DNA of 62,766 nt, filler included, from Nemertoderma westbladi (lineage: Eukaryota; Animalia; Xenacoelomorpha): the NCBI GenBank assembly GCA_032718475.1. It is 3 parts of 3 records of this genome, joined end to end, with 100 filler letters (N's around TTAATTAATTAA, not from the genome) between each part and the next. Parts side by side here need not be neighbours in the genome. Positions count along the whole stretch, not along the records: positions 1 to 31,803 come from JAUCBJ010004260.1; 2 more parts are not named here. One strand, written 5' to 3'. The first letter of the stretch is position 1, and each line of letters begins with the position of its first letter. Shown here in pieces: positions 1 to 11,632 of this stretch. The notes under the pieces were generated by a model that saw nothing but the letters and a program-made list of their open reading frames with translations, did not search any database and was not told where the DNA came from. Both the position numbers and the translations under genes were made by a program.

Positions 1-279
1 CGCTTTATTTACTACTGTTTCAATATTTAAATAATCCAATGGAAACAAAGATACTTGAATCATGAGACATGAATTTCAAGTTTACTTTTTATTCATCCTC
101 TGTGTTTTGTATGTGAAAGAGCCGAATATTATTTATTACCAGTGCTGTATGTAGAGATATGAGTTTCCGATTCTGGTTATTACATTTGTCTGATAATCAG
201 AATACCTGACATATACCGATACTTGCCTAACAACTCAACCCTACCGGACCTGAAATGAAAAATCATTGTTATCAGGACT

Positions 280-492
280 GCTACGCGTAGCACCTACGCG
301 TAGCTACGCGTAGCTACGCGTAGCACCTATGCGTAGTTTCAAAATACCTACGCGTAGTTCCAAAATAACTACGCGTAGTTTTAAAACACCTACGCGTAGT
401 TGTTAAAAAGGCAGTAAAGTCTGGCCCTACCGGTAAATGACAGGAATGGAAGTTACAAACTACGCGTAGCTAGGCGTAGGCCTACGCGTAGG
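280..492. repeat. Cluster of palindromic CTACGCGTAG motifs (probable subterminal repeats of a decayed MITE)
   Basis: About 9 perfect and 2 variant TACGCGTA palindromes spaced 10-21 bp apart, with one longer gap. Possible decayed termini: CAGGACTGC at 273 and GCAGT at about 411. Confidence 0.6.
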
Positions 493-1280
493 TCGAAAAG
501 ATTTACCCAGAAACTAGCTCTACATGTCAATATTGACAAAGTGCCGGACTGTTTGTCTTTTTTTGTATTTTATTGTGTATTTTTGGGTAATTTTGTGTTT
601 TTTTTGGGTAATTCGTAGGACCGGTTATATCTGTATATAGCTGTAGGTATAGATATCACATAATTCTGTAATTAATATGATTTTGAAACTATTTGATTAT
701 AGAGGATGCATGTGTATATTAGCATTAGCACTAGGCCTGCTACAGGTATAAAATGTATACTGTTAGAATCTCCTCTATTAATGCTCTATACAGCTGTACA
801 GCCAGTCGGTGAGAAGTCAAAAATTGGACTTCAAGTCCAATTTTAGACTTCAAGTCCAATTTTGGACTCCAAAGTCCAATATTGGACTTTAGTACAACTC
901 CAAGTGTACCCATGCTGCCATACTGTATATCGGTATTTAAATCAAAACTGCATCCCGTATCAGTACATATATATTACATAATTACAATGCAACATTATTT
1001 TAATGATCAAATTAATTATTATAAGTATTATAAGCAGGGATCGCACACGTACAGTCAGACATCAGTAGTTACTTTTTGCGGTAGTGGTATGGCTTTGCGG
1101 TAGCCTTTACTGCCTTAGCGGTGTATACCGCGGTAGCGGTGTAGTTGAGTTATAGCTGTATAGTTCATTCATACCCATACCTGTGGTATTTTCGTATGGC
1201 ACAAATAAGACTACTGAAAACTGTAACCTATTATGTAATTGAGTTAATGTTTATTGACTACCGGTAATTGTTTTGATTAG

Positions 1281-1500
1281 GTTCACTGTGTCAAGTACAA
1301 TATACACATCTCTGCATCTCTAACCAGACACTATATAACATTGGAGTTGGAGGTGTCTCATTCAGTCATTGGTTCCCCCAAGCTTGACACTAGAACAAAG
1401 CCGCCTCCGCTTTGCAGGACATCGCTTTTAAGCCGTGAGGACCAGCCAGTGCACCTCATGGAGTGAATAAGCATGGTGGACAGCCCATGACTTTCTTGAG
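1281..1500 (+). mobile_element. RTE LINE 3' fragment carried inside the DNA transposon
   Basis: Aligns by eye to about 62260-62475 of the RTE copy in this window, apart from small insertions and one short deletion. Confidence 0.85.
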
Positions 1501-3329
1501 AAATTGGAAAAATTAGAAGAGATGGTGGTAGCATCAACTTGTTGTATTTCTTTCTGATAGGGCTCCCATAGGCTTAGACGAAATCATAGCGTGTACTGTA
1601 GTTAGCCTTAGCAGCATCTGTTGTTGGCAAACCTGGCATTGCTACCAGTTTCCACCATTTGTAATTAAATATTTGTTGGAGCACAATCTAATCTAGTCCT
1701 AAAGACTCTACTGCTCTAAAATCCTGGGTACATAAGGTGTAAGGCTGTAAGGTTAGACATAACATGAATGTAAACAATATGCTAGGCCTAAAAGTAAAGT
1801 ACAAAGTACCTAGAATGCTAGAATGTACCATTTAGCCTATATTCTAAGTACAGTACACTGAAGATACATACAGAGCTGCAAAGGTAACTTTCCATAACGT
1901 AATAGCTGTCTGGCTGTCTCTCATCTGTCATGCTTTAATGTACCTTTAAGTTTGATTCTCAATGTCACGTCCAAAATTAGACTTAAAGTCCAATATTGGA
2001 CTTTTGTAAAAATTCAAAGCCTTATAAAAAAAGCTCCCCCTGGTGAATTTCAGGTCCCCCTGTTCAAAACTCTTATTTTTTGATATATTTTCGATTAAAA
2101 AAAAAAAATCCCGCCCGATCCAATTACCCAAGGCCCTGGAACAATTTGCTGATTTGAAGTCCAATATTGGACTCACAGAAGTCCAATTTTCAGTAGGGAA
2201 CATACCCTTAAATAAGCTCCAAAAGTGGGTTCTTATTTAAGGAAAATAGCTCTTATTTAGGGGTTTTTGGGCCTTTTTTGGATATTTTTTCGATATAATA
2301 TGCAATAACTTGTTTCAGGAAAAAATACCGCATCATTTTATTTCACAATGTAAAAGTTGGGTCTTTCTTGAACATAAAGCAAAAAACCAGAAAACATTTC
2401 ACCGTCCGGTTTTTTTTTAAAAGCGTTTTAAAATTGCATCAAAAATACGACTAGTTCCTAAATAAGGGGAATTTTTTAAATTTACCTTATTTAAGATATC
2501 GAAATCGAAAATAAATACCAAAAGTCCCTAAATAAGAACCTTTTGACCTGGGTTTCTTATTTAGGAATACAATTGTAGGCCTATTCCTAAATCTGCCCAA
2601 TTCCTTAAATAAAATAAATATTCCTTATTCCTTACAGTAGGCCTATATGTTACATACAGTGTTACACTTATTTCATACCCTAATTCTTTGATTTATGTCA
2701 GTCTGAATATTGCTAATTGTTGGGTTAAGGATAAGGACAATAGTTGCACTGCACTCTATAAATCCTCTATAGAATATCGTATCATAATGAAGTCGCTAGC
2801 ACTGGCATTCTTACCTCACACGGTAGCATAGAATAGCCCATTGATATTCAAAAGAATAGCGCATCGTCCATCTGAGCGCACATACATTGTCACGTATTTC
2901 GATGAGACATGACTCAAGTAACTGGACATCGCCGCACAGTTTCGAAAAACTAACTTGTGTCCTGCATTTCCTCTTCTGCTCCGCGTTACGCCCCACTTAG
3001 ATGGATTGTCCACAATGTTGTACTTGAAAGGTGTGAAAAAAAAAACCAATGTCAATGTCATGTCAATAGGCACAAAGATGGTTCCGTCGGGCAGCTGATA
3101 GACGTTATGAAGGTTAAAGATGATGACTGGATGACGTTTTGGGCTCAACTGGCTCAGGCAGCAGTGGCACACGTTCGTGGGACCTTTACACAGCATGAAA
3201 TGAGCAAAGCCTTAGCTAGCCCTAGCTGATAGGGGCCCCACCCCATTAACATGTTGTCTTTCGTTAGTCGGAGGTCGTTCAACACAATACTCGTCTCCTT
3301 AATTCTGTAATTTGCCTCATTGTGTTCGT

Positions 3330-3525
3330 TTGTTTTTTACCAAACTTCAGATTATTTCTAATCTTTTGACAGACTACATACATACCAAGTTTCGTTTAAT
3401 TTCATCAAGGAATGGCCGAGTTATTAGCAATAAAAAATTTACAACGACGACAGACAACTCGTTAATAGCACCCACTAAGGTTTCGCTCACTTCAACGTGG
3501 CTCTCCCCCACATTCAATCCGGTTC
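3330..3525 (-). mobile_element. Fragment of Helentron-like (HINE/DINE-type) non-autonomous element
   Basis: The reverse complement resembles the units at 19790-20160 (GATGAAATTAAAC..AAACTTGGTATGTATG..AGAAATAATCTGAAG) and the left end at about 7230. Confidence 0.5.
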
Positions 3526-3532
3526 CACGCAG

Positions 3533-4675
3533 TTTGTTGCTCGTAGTTGCTCATTGCTGCTCGTTGTGCTTTAATATTTCTCGTTGTTGGTCATTGTTGC
3601 TCATTGTTGGTCATTGTTGCTTGTTGGTGCTCATTGTTGCTCGTTAGTTGTACTTTATTATTGCTCGTTGTTGCTCGTTGTACTCTATTATTGCTCTTTG
3701 TTGCTCATTATTGCTCGTTGTCAGTAGGCAGTTGTTGTACTTTATTATTGCTCATTCAATCGTTGTTCCTCATTGTTGCTCGTTGTTGCTCAATATTACT
3801 CGTTGCTGCTCGTTCAGTCGTTGTTGTACTTTATTATTGCTCGTTGTTGCTCAATATAACTCGTTGTTGCTCGTTCAGTCGTTGTTTCTCATTATTGCTC
3901 GTTGTTTCTCGTTGTTGCTCATTGTTGCTCGTTGTTGTTCTTTATTATTGCTCGTTGTTGCTCAGTGTTTCTCATTGTTGCTCAATGTTACTCGTTGTTA
4001 TACTTTATTATTGCTCAATGTTACTCGTTGTTACTCATTGTCATTGTTGCTCATTGTTACTCGTTGTTCCTCATGTCCTAATTATTGGTCGTTGTTCTCG
4101 TTGTTGTACTTTATTATTGCTCGTTGTTGCTCATTATTACTCGTTGTTACTCGTTGTTGCTCATTGTTGCTCGTTGTTGTACTTTATTGTTGCTCGTTCA
4201 GTCGTTGTTCCTCATTGTTGCTCGTTGTTGCTCATTGTTGCTCGTTGTTGTACTTTATTATTGCTCATTGTTGCTCGTTGTTTCTCAATGTTACTCGTTG
4301 TTGCTCGTTGTTGCTCGTTCAGTCGTTGTTCCTCATTATTGATCATTGTTGTTCGTTGTTTCTCGCTGTTGCTCGTTGTTGTACTTTATTATTGCTCATT
4401 TTTGCTCGTTGTTGCTCATTGTTTCTCATTGTTGCTCAATGTTACTCGTAGTAGTCGTAGTTCTGTAGTTGCTCATTGTTACTCGTTGTTGCTCATTGTT
4501 GCTCGTTCAGTCGTTGTGCCTCATTATTGCTCGTTGTTGTACTTTGGTATTGCTCATTGTTGCTCAATGTTACTCGTTGTTGCTCATTGTTGCTCGTTGT
4601 TGCTCGTTGTTTTGTTACTCATTGTTCATTTGTTGCTCGTTGTTGCTTATTGTTGGTCATTGTTGCTCGTTGTGC
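3533..4675. repeat. Degenerate 10-bp minisatellite (TTGCTCGTTG / TTGCTCATTG)n
   Basis: Roughly 110 degenerate units. The low-complexity L/V/C/A/R ORFs here are by-products of the repeat. Confidence 0.9.
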
Positions 4676-5377
4676 ATTTTTGCACCTATCAAATTAAGCT
4701 CAGAAGCTCCCTTATCTCTGCATCTTGCAATGTCCTGTAAAGGTTAGGCAGTTAGGAGGTCATAACTGTCATAAGCAGTTAAGGGCAGAAGGAGGACGGG
4801 GCTGGGAGACGAGGTTATAAGAGACATTATATAAGGATATTTAATTTAATTTATTTAATTTAATATATGAGAAATGAGAAATATTTAATTTATTTAAGGA
4901 GTATGCAGATTTTGGAATGAAATTGTATACCTAAATATGAAACCCATGTCAAAAAGTTCTTATTTAAGGACTTTTAGTATTTATGTGTACAATTTCGATG
5001 TCTTAAATAAGGTAAATTTAAAAAATCCCTCTTATTTAGGAACTGGTCGTATTTTTGATGCAATTTTAAAACGCTTGTAGAAAAAAAACCGGACGGTGAA
5101 ATGTTTTCTGGTTTTTTGCATTATGTTCAAGAAAGACCCAACTTTTATATTGTGAAATAAAATTATGCGGTATTTTTACCTGAAACAAGTTCTTGCATAT
5201 TATGTCGAAAAAATATCCAAAAAAGGCCCAAAAACCCCTAAATAAGAGCCATTTTCCTTAAATAAGAACCCACTTTTGGAGCTTATTTAAGGGTATGTTC
5301 CCTACTGATTTTGGACTTGAACTGGAGTCGAAGTCCAATTTTGGACTCAAGTCCAATTTTTGACTTCTCACCGACTG

Positions 5378-5710
5378 TTCAGTCATTGGTTCCCCCAAGC
5401 TTGACACTAGAACAAAGCCGCCTCTGCTTTGCAGGACATTGCTTTAAGCTGTGAGGACCAGTCAGTGCATCTCATGGAGTGAATAAGCATTGTGGACAGC
5501 CCATTAATTTCTTGAGAGGCATCTTTCTTACTGTCTTAAAGGACACTGGACTTGAAGATGCAGATGATCTAGCAAATCTCATGGGTGATAAGGCTGTAAG
5601 AGTGTAAGGTAGTTGTGGAGGCGCACTTTTGTCAACAAGCCGGTACAGCATTCTTAATAGGGCCTTTATATATAATGCAGCTGCAATACAGCATGCCGAT
5701 TGTAGTAGTA
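5378..5710 (+). mobile_element. Second, longer RTE 3' fragment in the duplicated half of the DNA transposon
   Basis: Matches about 62323-62622, including the end of the ORF and the TAGTAG tail. Confidence 0.85.
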
Positions 5711-7547
5711 GTATGTGGTGAGGTGATAGGGCTCCTTCAATTGGTAAAGTCAAAAGAGGCCGTTTATTGTTTTAGTTAGAAAAGCCTGCCTCTATAACCT
5801 GTTCCTTTCCCTCAATTGGTTTATGATTATAACAGTATGACGTGTGTTACTTCTTACTTCTGTAGGCCTACTTATTATGTGGAGACCCCAACACGTTAAT
5901 CAGTTACTAATCCCCTTTCATTATCCAGCCGTTTAAAAATACCCTTCCTGTTGTATGGAAAAATTAGAAGAGATGGTGGTAGCATCAACTTGTGGTATTT
6001 CTTTCTGATAGGGCTCCCATAGGCTTAGACGAAATCGTAGCTTGTACTGTAGTTAGTCTTAGCAGCAGCTGCAGTTGGCAAACCTGGCATTGCTACCAGT
6101 TTCCACCAAATATAATTTGTAATTAAATATTTGTTGGAGCATAATCTAATCTAGTCCTAAAGACTCTAAAGTCCTGGGTACATAAGGTAAGGTTAGACAT
6201 AACATGAATGTAAATTGTAAACTAAACAATACTGCAATATGCTAAAAGTAAAGTACAAAGTATACCTAGAATGCTAGAATGTACCATTATATTCTAAGTA
6301 CAGTACACTGAAGATACACACAGGTCACAGAGCTGCAAAGGTAACTTTCCATAACTTAATAGCGGTCTGGCTGTCTCTCATCTGTCATGCTTCATGTACC
6401 TTTAAGTTTGATTCTCAATGTCACGTCCAAAATTGGACTTAAAGTCCAATATTGTACTTTTGTAAAAATTTAAAGCCGTATAAAAAAAGTTCCCCCTGGT
6501 GAATTTCAGGTCCCCCTGTTCAAAACTCTTATTTTTTGATATATTTTCGATTATCAAAAAAAAATCCCGCCCGATCCAATTACCCAAGGCCCTGGAACAA
6601 TTGGCTGATTTGAAGTCCAATATTGGACTCACAGAAGTCCAATTTTGGACTTGAACTGGAGTCGAAGTCCAATTTTGGACTCAAGTCCAATTTTTGACTT
6701 CTCACCGACTGACAGCTATACACGATACAGTCAGACAGTAGTACAATTAGTACAAAAATTAATTATTCATTAATTAATTAAATGCTGACGAACAGTGTTT
6801 ATGTTGATCAAGAAAATATCTGAATATCGGGCAAAGTTGTCCTAAAAGGCAAAGTAGCCCTATTTTAAAGCACATTTAACCAGTCCGACGAATCTGTACA
6901 AAAAAGTACAAAAAAATACAAAATAGTACAATATAGTACAAAAGAGTGGAAAAATTACTACAAAAGAGAACAAACGAGTGAGAAACGCATACAAAGCGTG
7001 TATACCAGTGTTGTATACCAATATACACTACACTACCGGTACCTACACACTTGTCTGCTTGTATTCAGAAATATAATTGCAACAGCAACTAAATATGTGC
7101 TGCTACAGTCTGACAGTGTCAATCACTAGCGGCCTTGGTTCTGTGGTCAAGTATGAAATGATTGACAGAACTTTGATTCATGTAGATTTTGACTGGCATA
7201 CAAGTAGAAATAGGCTACATTTGTGCTTATTGTGGGGCGAGCCACGAAGTTGGCGGAGCCTTAGCGAATTTAAACTGTTAGGGGGTGGGTCAATTTATGC
7301 AAATAGTTGTCGTCGTCGTCGTCGTTGTCGTCGTCGTTACGATTTTGACATGCTAATAACTTTGTCGGATTTAAAGCTGCCAAGTTGAAAATTTGTAGGT
7401 ATCAATATGAGCAAAAGTTGAGATTTTTGAGAGACTTTCAGACACCATCAGTGCAATGGTCTCCCGCTAGAGGGCCACATGTCTAAACATTAAATGCCCT
7501 CCCATTTCTTTGCTTTTAATCCGTTTAAGCTGAAACTTGGCAGATAT

Positions 7548-7578
<31 letters not shown>

Positions 7579-7756
7579 CGTACATATTGATTAAAACACA
7601 ATAGTACAGACAGATTAATATATGTATGTATGTATGAAAAAAAGAAGGAAAAAAATGAAGCAAAAATTAAGAGCACAAAAGAGGCCTAGATATATAAATG
7701 TATGTACAGAATAAGCATTAAACGTACCTAGTAAACAAGTCAACAGACAATATAAT

Positions 7757-10700
7757 TTAGAACGTTGCAACGTAATTGCGCATATATACTAATTCATCGT
7801 AGCTGAAACCGGGAACCGTTAATTCATTAATTATTGCTAATGATAACTCGTTACAAATTAACGGACGCCATTCCTGTTCATCCGGAATTTCAACGTACGA
7901 TAAACGGCCTGCTAACATTGGTGTTATACAATTTAGGTCTGAAATATTACATTCGTTACCTATTCGTCTCAAATTCCTACCTGAAATTGACCGACAATCA
8001 AACATGGTTAAATTAGCTAATAATCTTACACATAACCGATCGCTATTCAGCACTGTGTCTTTAAATTTAATAAACCGTTTACGAAGCATACTGTAAGGGT
8101 GAGGAAAATTAACTAAATGTTGCACAATAAACCTATGGCTATTATAAGGCAAAGCCCAAACCCATCTGACATTGTTATTCCACGCTGTAAGAACTCTTCT
8201 ACAATTATCTGACGATAAATCCCATATTGGGCTACCGTAAAAACTTGTGCAGTATATAATTTCTGTATTTTAGTAATGCAACTGGGTACTGCGAATCGAA
8301 ATTCATTTCTTAGATTATCCAATTTCCCGATAAATGCGCCGCGTTTGCGGTCTATGTCGGTGTCGGTTGTACCTTTGAAATTTATAACATTCCCCAGATG
8401 CATTGCCTCTTTAACCCAAGGAAGTACATTATTGTTTGCCATGATATTACACAATGGTTGTTTCCATGAAAAATTAAATGGAATACATTTTGATTTCGAT
8501 TTTTTTGGGTTTGAGTCCGTACTGAGCCGCAAATTATACTTACTACAGAATTCTAAACAAATATTTACCATGAACTGTAAACCTACTACAGATGGGCACA
8601 ATAACAATATGTCGTCTGCATATGTAAGCGCACCGAAATAATGTATACCAATGTGACACCCAACGTTAGATGCTTTTAACTTATGAATAAGTAAGTTCAG
8701 AATGATACAAAAAAAGGTAGGTGAGGCTACAGACCCCTGTCTAACTCCATTCGAAACATTAAAAGCAGCAGACGAAACGTTATTCCACCTGACGGTACAT
8801 GATTGGTTAACGTATATCCATAGCAAGCACCTTACAAACAAGGGCGATAAGCCCTTCTTAATAAGTTCGAGAAACAGTTTTCCCCACTCAACAAGATCAA
8901 AGGCCTTGGTTAGATCTAGTAGGCAACCGTATACAGGTGTAGAGTTTCTAGAATAATACTGAACCACTTCCAAGGCTGTCCAAGAACACATCACTGTGCC
9001 AGAAAGCGGCCGAAAACCGAACTGGAGATCATCAAACTTTAACTTGTCTCCTTGACTCAATAAAAGAACCCATTCAAACACCTTAATTATAAGAGACGAG
9101 ATAGCGATTGCTCTATAATTAGACTTGTCAGTAATGTCCCCTAACTTATTCTTTACTAAAGGCATAAAACCAACGGTGAGTAAACATTTCGATACAAATC
9201 CATGTACTAAATAGTTATTAAATAAATCAGCCAAATGTTTCTCGAAAAGATATCCACAATTTATTAAGACACCTGAGTCGAATGAACGGTCGACATCTGC
9301 CTTACAATCTCGAAGTCTACGCAAGGCTTCGTGTACCAACACCGTAGTTACCTTACTGTCCTCTACATCCGCAGTTCGTAGAACACTACAAATTTCATTT
9401 TCGACTTGAGGTAAATCGGAATTGTAATCCTGGTTGTATAAAGTGGCGTAGATTTCTGAAAACTTGTTGGCTATATCTTCATTGTCTGTAAGACCATCAA
9501 TTGACGAACTAACTGTGTAAATCGAGCCCCTAAGTTTCTTGATTTCAGTAAAGATATCAATATTATTCGATGTAGCAGCCACTAGTAGCTTTTCTCGTCT
9601 AACTCGGTCAACAGACTTCTTTAATCTGCGAACTGCGAAATGATATTGCGACCGTGAGATTCTACGGAGTTGGAAAAGTTGGCTTTGCGAGCCATTTGGT
9701 TTACCTGCAGCCAACCACAGTTGGTGCCAGAAAACTGCTTCCTTCTGAAAAGGCTTCACCCTCTCATTCCACCCCGGAACACAACCTTCTTTGACATTCT
9801 CGTTAGCGCTACTATTGGTAGCAGGTAAACATTCTGCTGCCTGTTCGAGTGCATCTAATAAATCTAACGATTATTTCTCGATTAAAATACGGTGTGTGGG
9901 TTCGTCACAGAATATGTTACCACACTCTGAGCAATTACTATCACAATTAACTTCTTCTAGAATACTATTTAGTTTGTGAGTAAAGTCGCTGCGTTGCTTA
10001 GCAGATGCCCTCGAGAACGAATGCCGGACAGGCTTTGGTGACAGACCAGTACTTTTTCCTATGTTGTTAACCGAAAATTTCACATATATAGGACAATGTT
10101 GAGACAAGTTCATACCTGTGTGTATCACATCTGCCTCCGCACATCTAATTGAAAAATTATATGAGCTAAAGAAATGATCGATAGTCGATGTATAAAAATT
10201 ATTTAAATTGTTGCAACTAAACGTATGATCTATGGGGAAAATTTCCCACATGGTCATTAGTTCTAGTTCATCGAGACAGTTACTGATCTCGCGTACATGA
10301 GCTGAGTTGCGAGAAAAATCGCAATTTATATCACCCACCCATAATATATCATTGCACGCAGCACTTGAAATAACCACCTTACTTTCACCAATCAGAGACA
10401 ATAAATCATCATTTACAGTATTAACTATTCTATTATCAACCGGAAAATATGTGTTCATTATTAGAAGTAGGGCTCGATCGGAGCTCCGGCCTCCGGCTCC
10501 GGCTCCGGCCATTTTGGCACCTCCGGCTCCTGCTCCGGCTCCGGTAAAAATATTGCCGGAGTTAATTTTTTAATAAAGTATTATATTTCGTGCATATTCT
10601 AATCGGAACAATTATTTACACTATAAATACTGTAGTACAGCTTCAATATCAAGCACAATACTGTATTTTTACTAGTATTTTTAGTATTTTTACTTAAAGT

Positions 10701-11615
10701 CAATGACTGACTGACCGTTGACTGTACTGCAGTACTGGTACTGGCCAGCTGGCTGACTAGCAGACTGTTACAGATAGGCCCTACTGTAAAATATTGTAAA
10801 TGCTATGGTTGTATGTATGTACACTGTACCACTGCAGCCATTTACTGCTGTCATGCCAGCATACTGTACTGCAGTACTGGTACACGTACGGTAGGCAGGT
10901 AGGCTACCTACAGTACACAACACACCTCCTACCACAATTAGACAGTTAGTGAGTTAGGTACTGTAGGTAATTTTTAGCCGTCAGCGTCAGGCCGTCTGTC
11001 CGTGATAAATTAATTACTTTAATCTATAAATTATGAAATTAATTAGAAATTAATGATTGATTATGAGCGATTGGCGAACGATAACCATACTTTATTTATT
11101 TTTTAATAAATAATTAAATTTTTAAAATTTTCGAAAAACTCCGGCTCCGGCTCCGGCCAAATTGTCCAACTCCGGCTCCTGCTCCGGCTCCGGCCAAATC
11201 CCAACTCCGATCGAGCCCTAATTAGAAGTGGTGAACCTGGAAAATTAACTTTGATCGCTTGTAATCTATCATTATTACTATGTACATACGATATATACCT
11301 AGTTAAATTACGTTTCCATATTATGCATAGGCCTCCACTGGGCCTGCCGCCTCTCGCATTCTCACTTAAATATTTGGCAGGAATAAAATAGTTATCATGG
11401 TTTGGAAAATGTTTCTTAAATAAATAACTGCTGCCACTTAGCAAAAAATGTTCTTGTATGCATACAATGTCTGCCCCTGCCAAAAGCACTTTAATAAACT
11501 CAATTTTGCCTAAATCAAAACCCGTAGAATTATATGATACTACAGTAACTGGATGGGAAGTGATGTTACTATTTGGTCTAGTAGACTCGTTGTTGGAGTT
11601 TGTATCAATTGCCAT
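7757..11615 (-). pseudogene. LINE ORF2 (AP endonuclease + reverse transcriptase), disrupted
   Basis: APE motifs SYNSTG, IQEH, VGDINC, TIDHF, SQHCPI. RT motifs LDLTKAFD, GVRQGSVASP, YADDI. Lesions: hAT MITE at 10468-11220 (frame rejoins as GSPLLIMNTY), in-frame TAA at 9871-9873, and a frameshift near 8255 (restores YCTSFYGSPIWDL). Confidence 0.9.
10468..11220. mobile_element. hAT MITE, 753 bp
   Basis: 16-bp TIR TAGGGCTCGATCGGAG / CTCCGATCGAGCCCTA. 8-bp TSD ATTAGAAG at 10460-10467 and 11221-11228. (CCGGCT)n subterminal repeats. Confidence 0.92.
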
Positions 11616-11632
11616 AATTTAGATATATATAG

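Larger units (their letters stand above)
2191..5307. mobile_element. Nested non-autonomous DNA transposon with about 400-bp TIRs, CAGT ends, 5-bp TSD
   Basis: Ends CAGTAGGGAACATACCCTTAAATAAG...CTTATTTAAGGGTATGTTCCCTACTG. Imperfect inverted repeat 2191-~2600 vs ~4890-5307. TSD ATTTT at 2186-2190 and 5308-5312. The empty site is visible in the duplicated copy at about 6631-6650. Confidence 0.9.
803..6711. mobile_element. Non-autonomous DNA transposon with CAGT ends and 5-bp TSD (superfamily uncertain, hAT5-like or unclassified); composite with duplicated right half
   Basis: Left TIR CAGTCGGTGAGAAGTCAAAAATTGGACTT at 803. Right TIR AAGTCCAATTTTTGACTTCTCACCGACTG ends at 6711, with a second right end at 5377. 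TSD ACAGC at 798-802 and 6712-6716. Subterminal AAGTCCAA/TTGGACTT repeats. Confidence 0.85.

Noticed and set aside
3312-4747. Long Leu/Val/Cys-rich ORFs (up to 397 aa)
   Set aside because: They are translations of a 10-bp minisatellite that is open in several frames; there is no domain.
1946-6632. Twin ORFs 1946-2203 and 6402-6632
   Set aside because: They lie in the duplicated subterminal region of a transposon; the similarity reflects DNA duplication, not a gene family.
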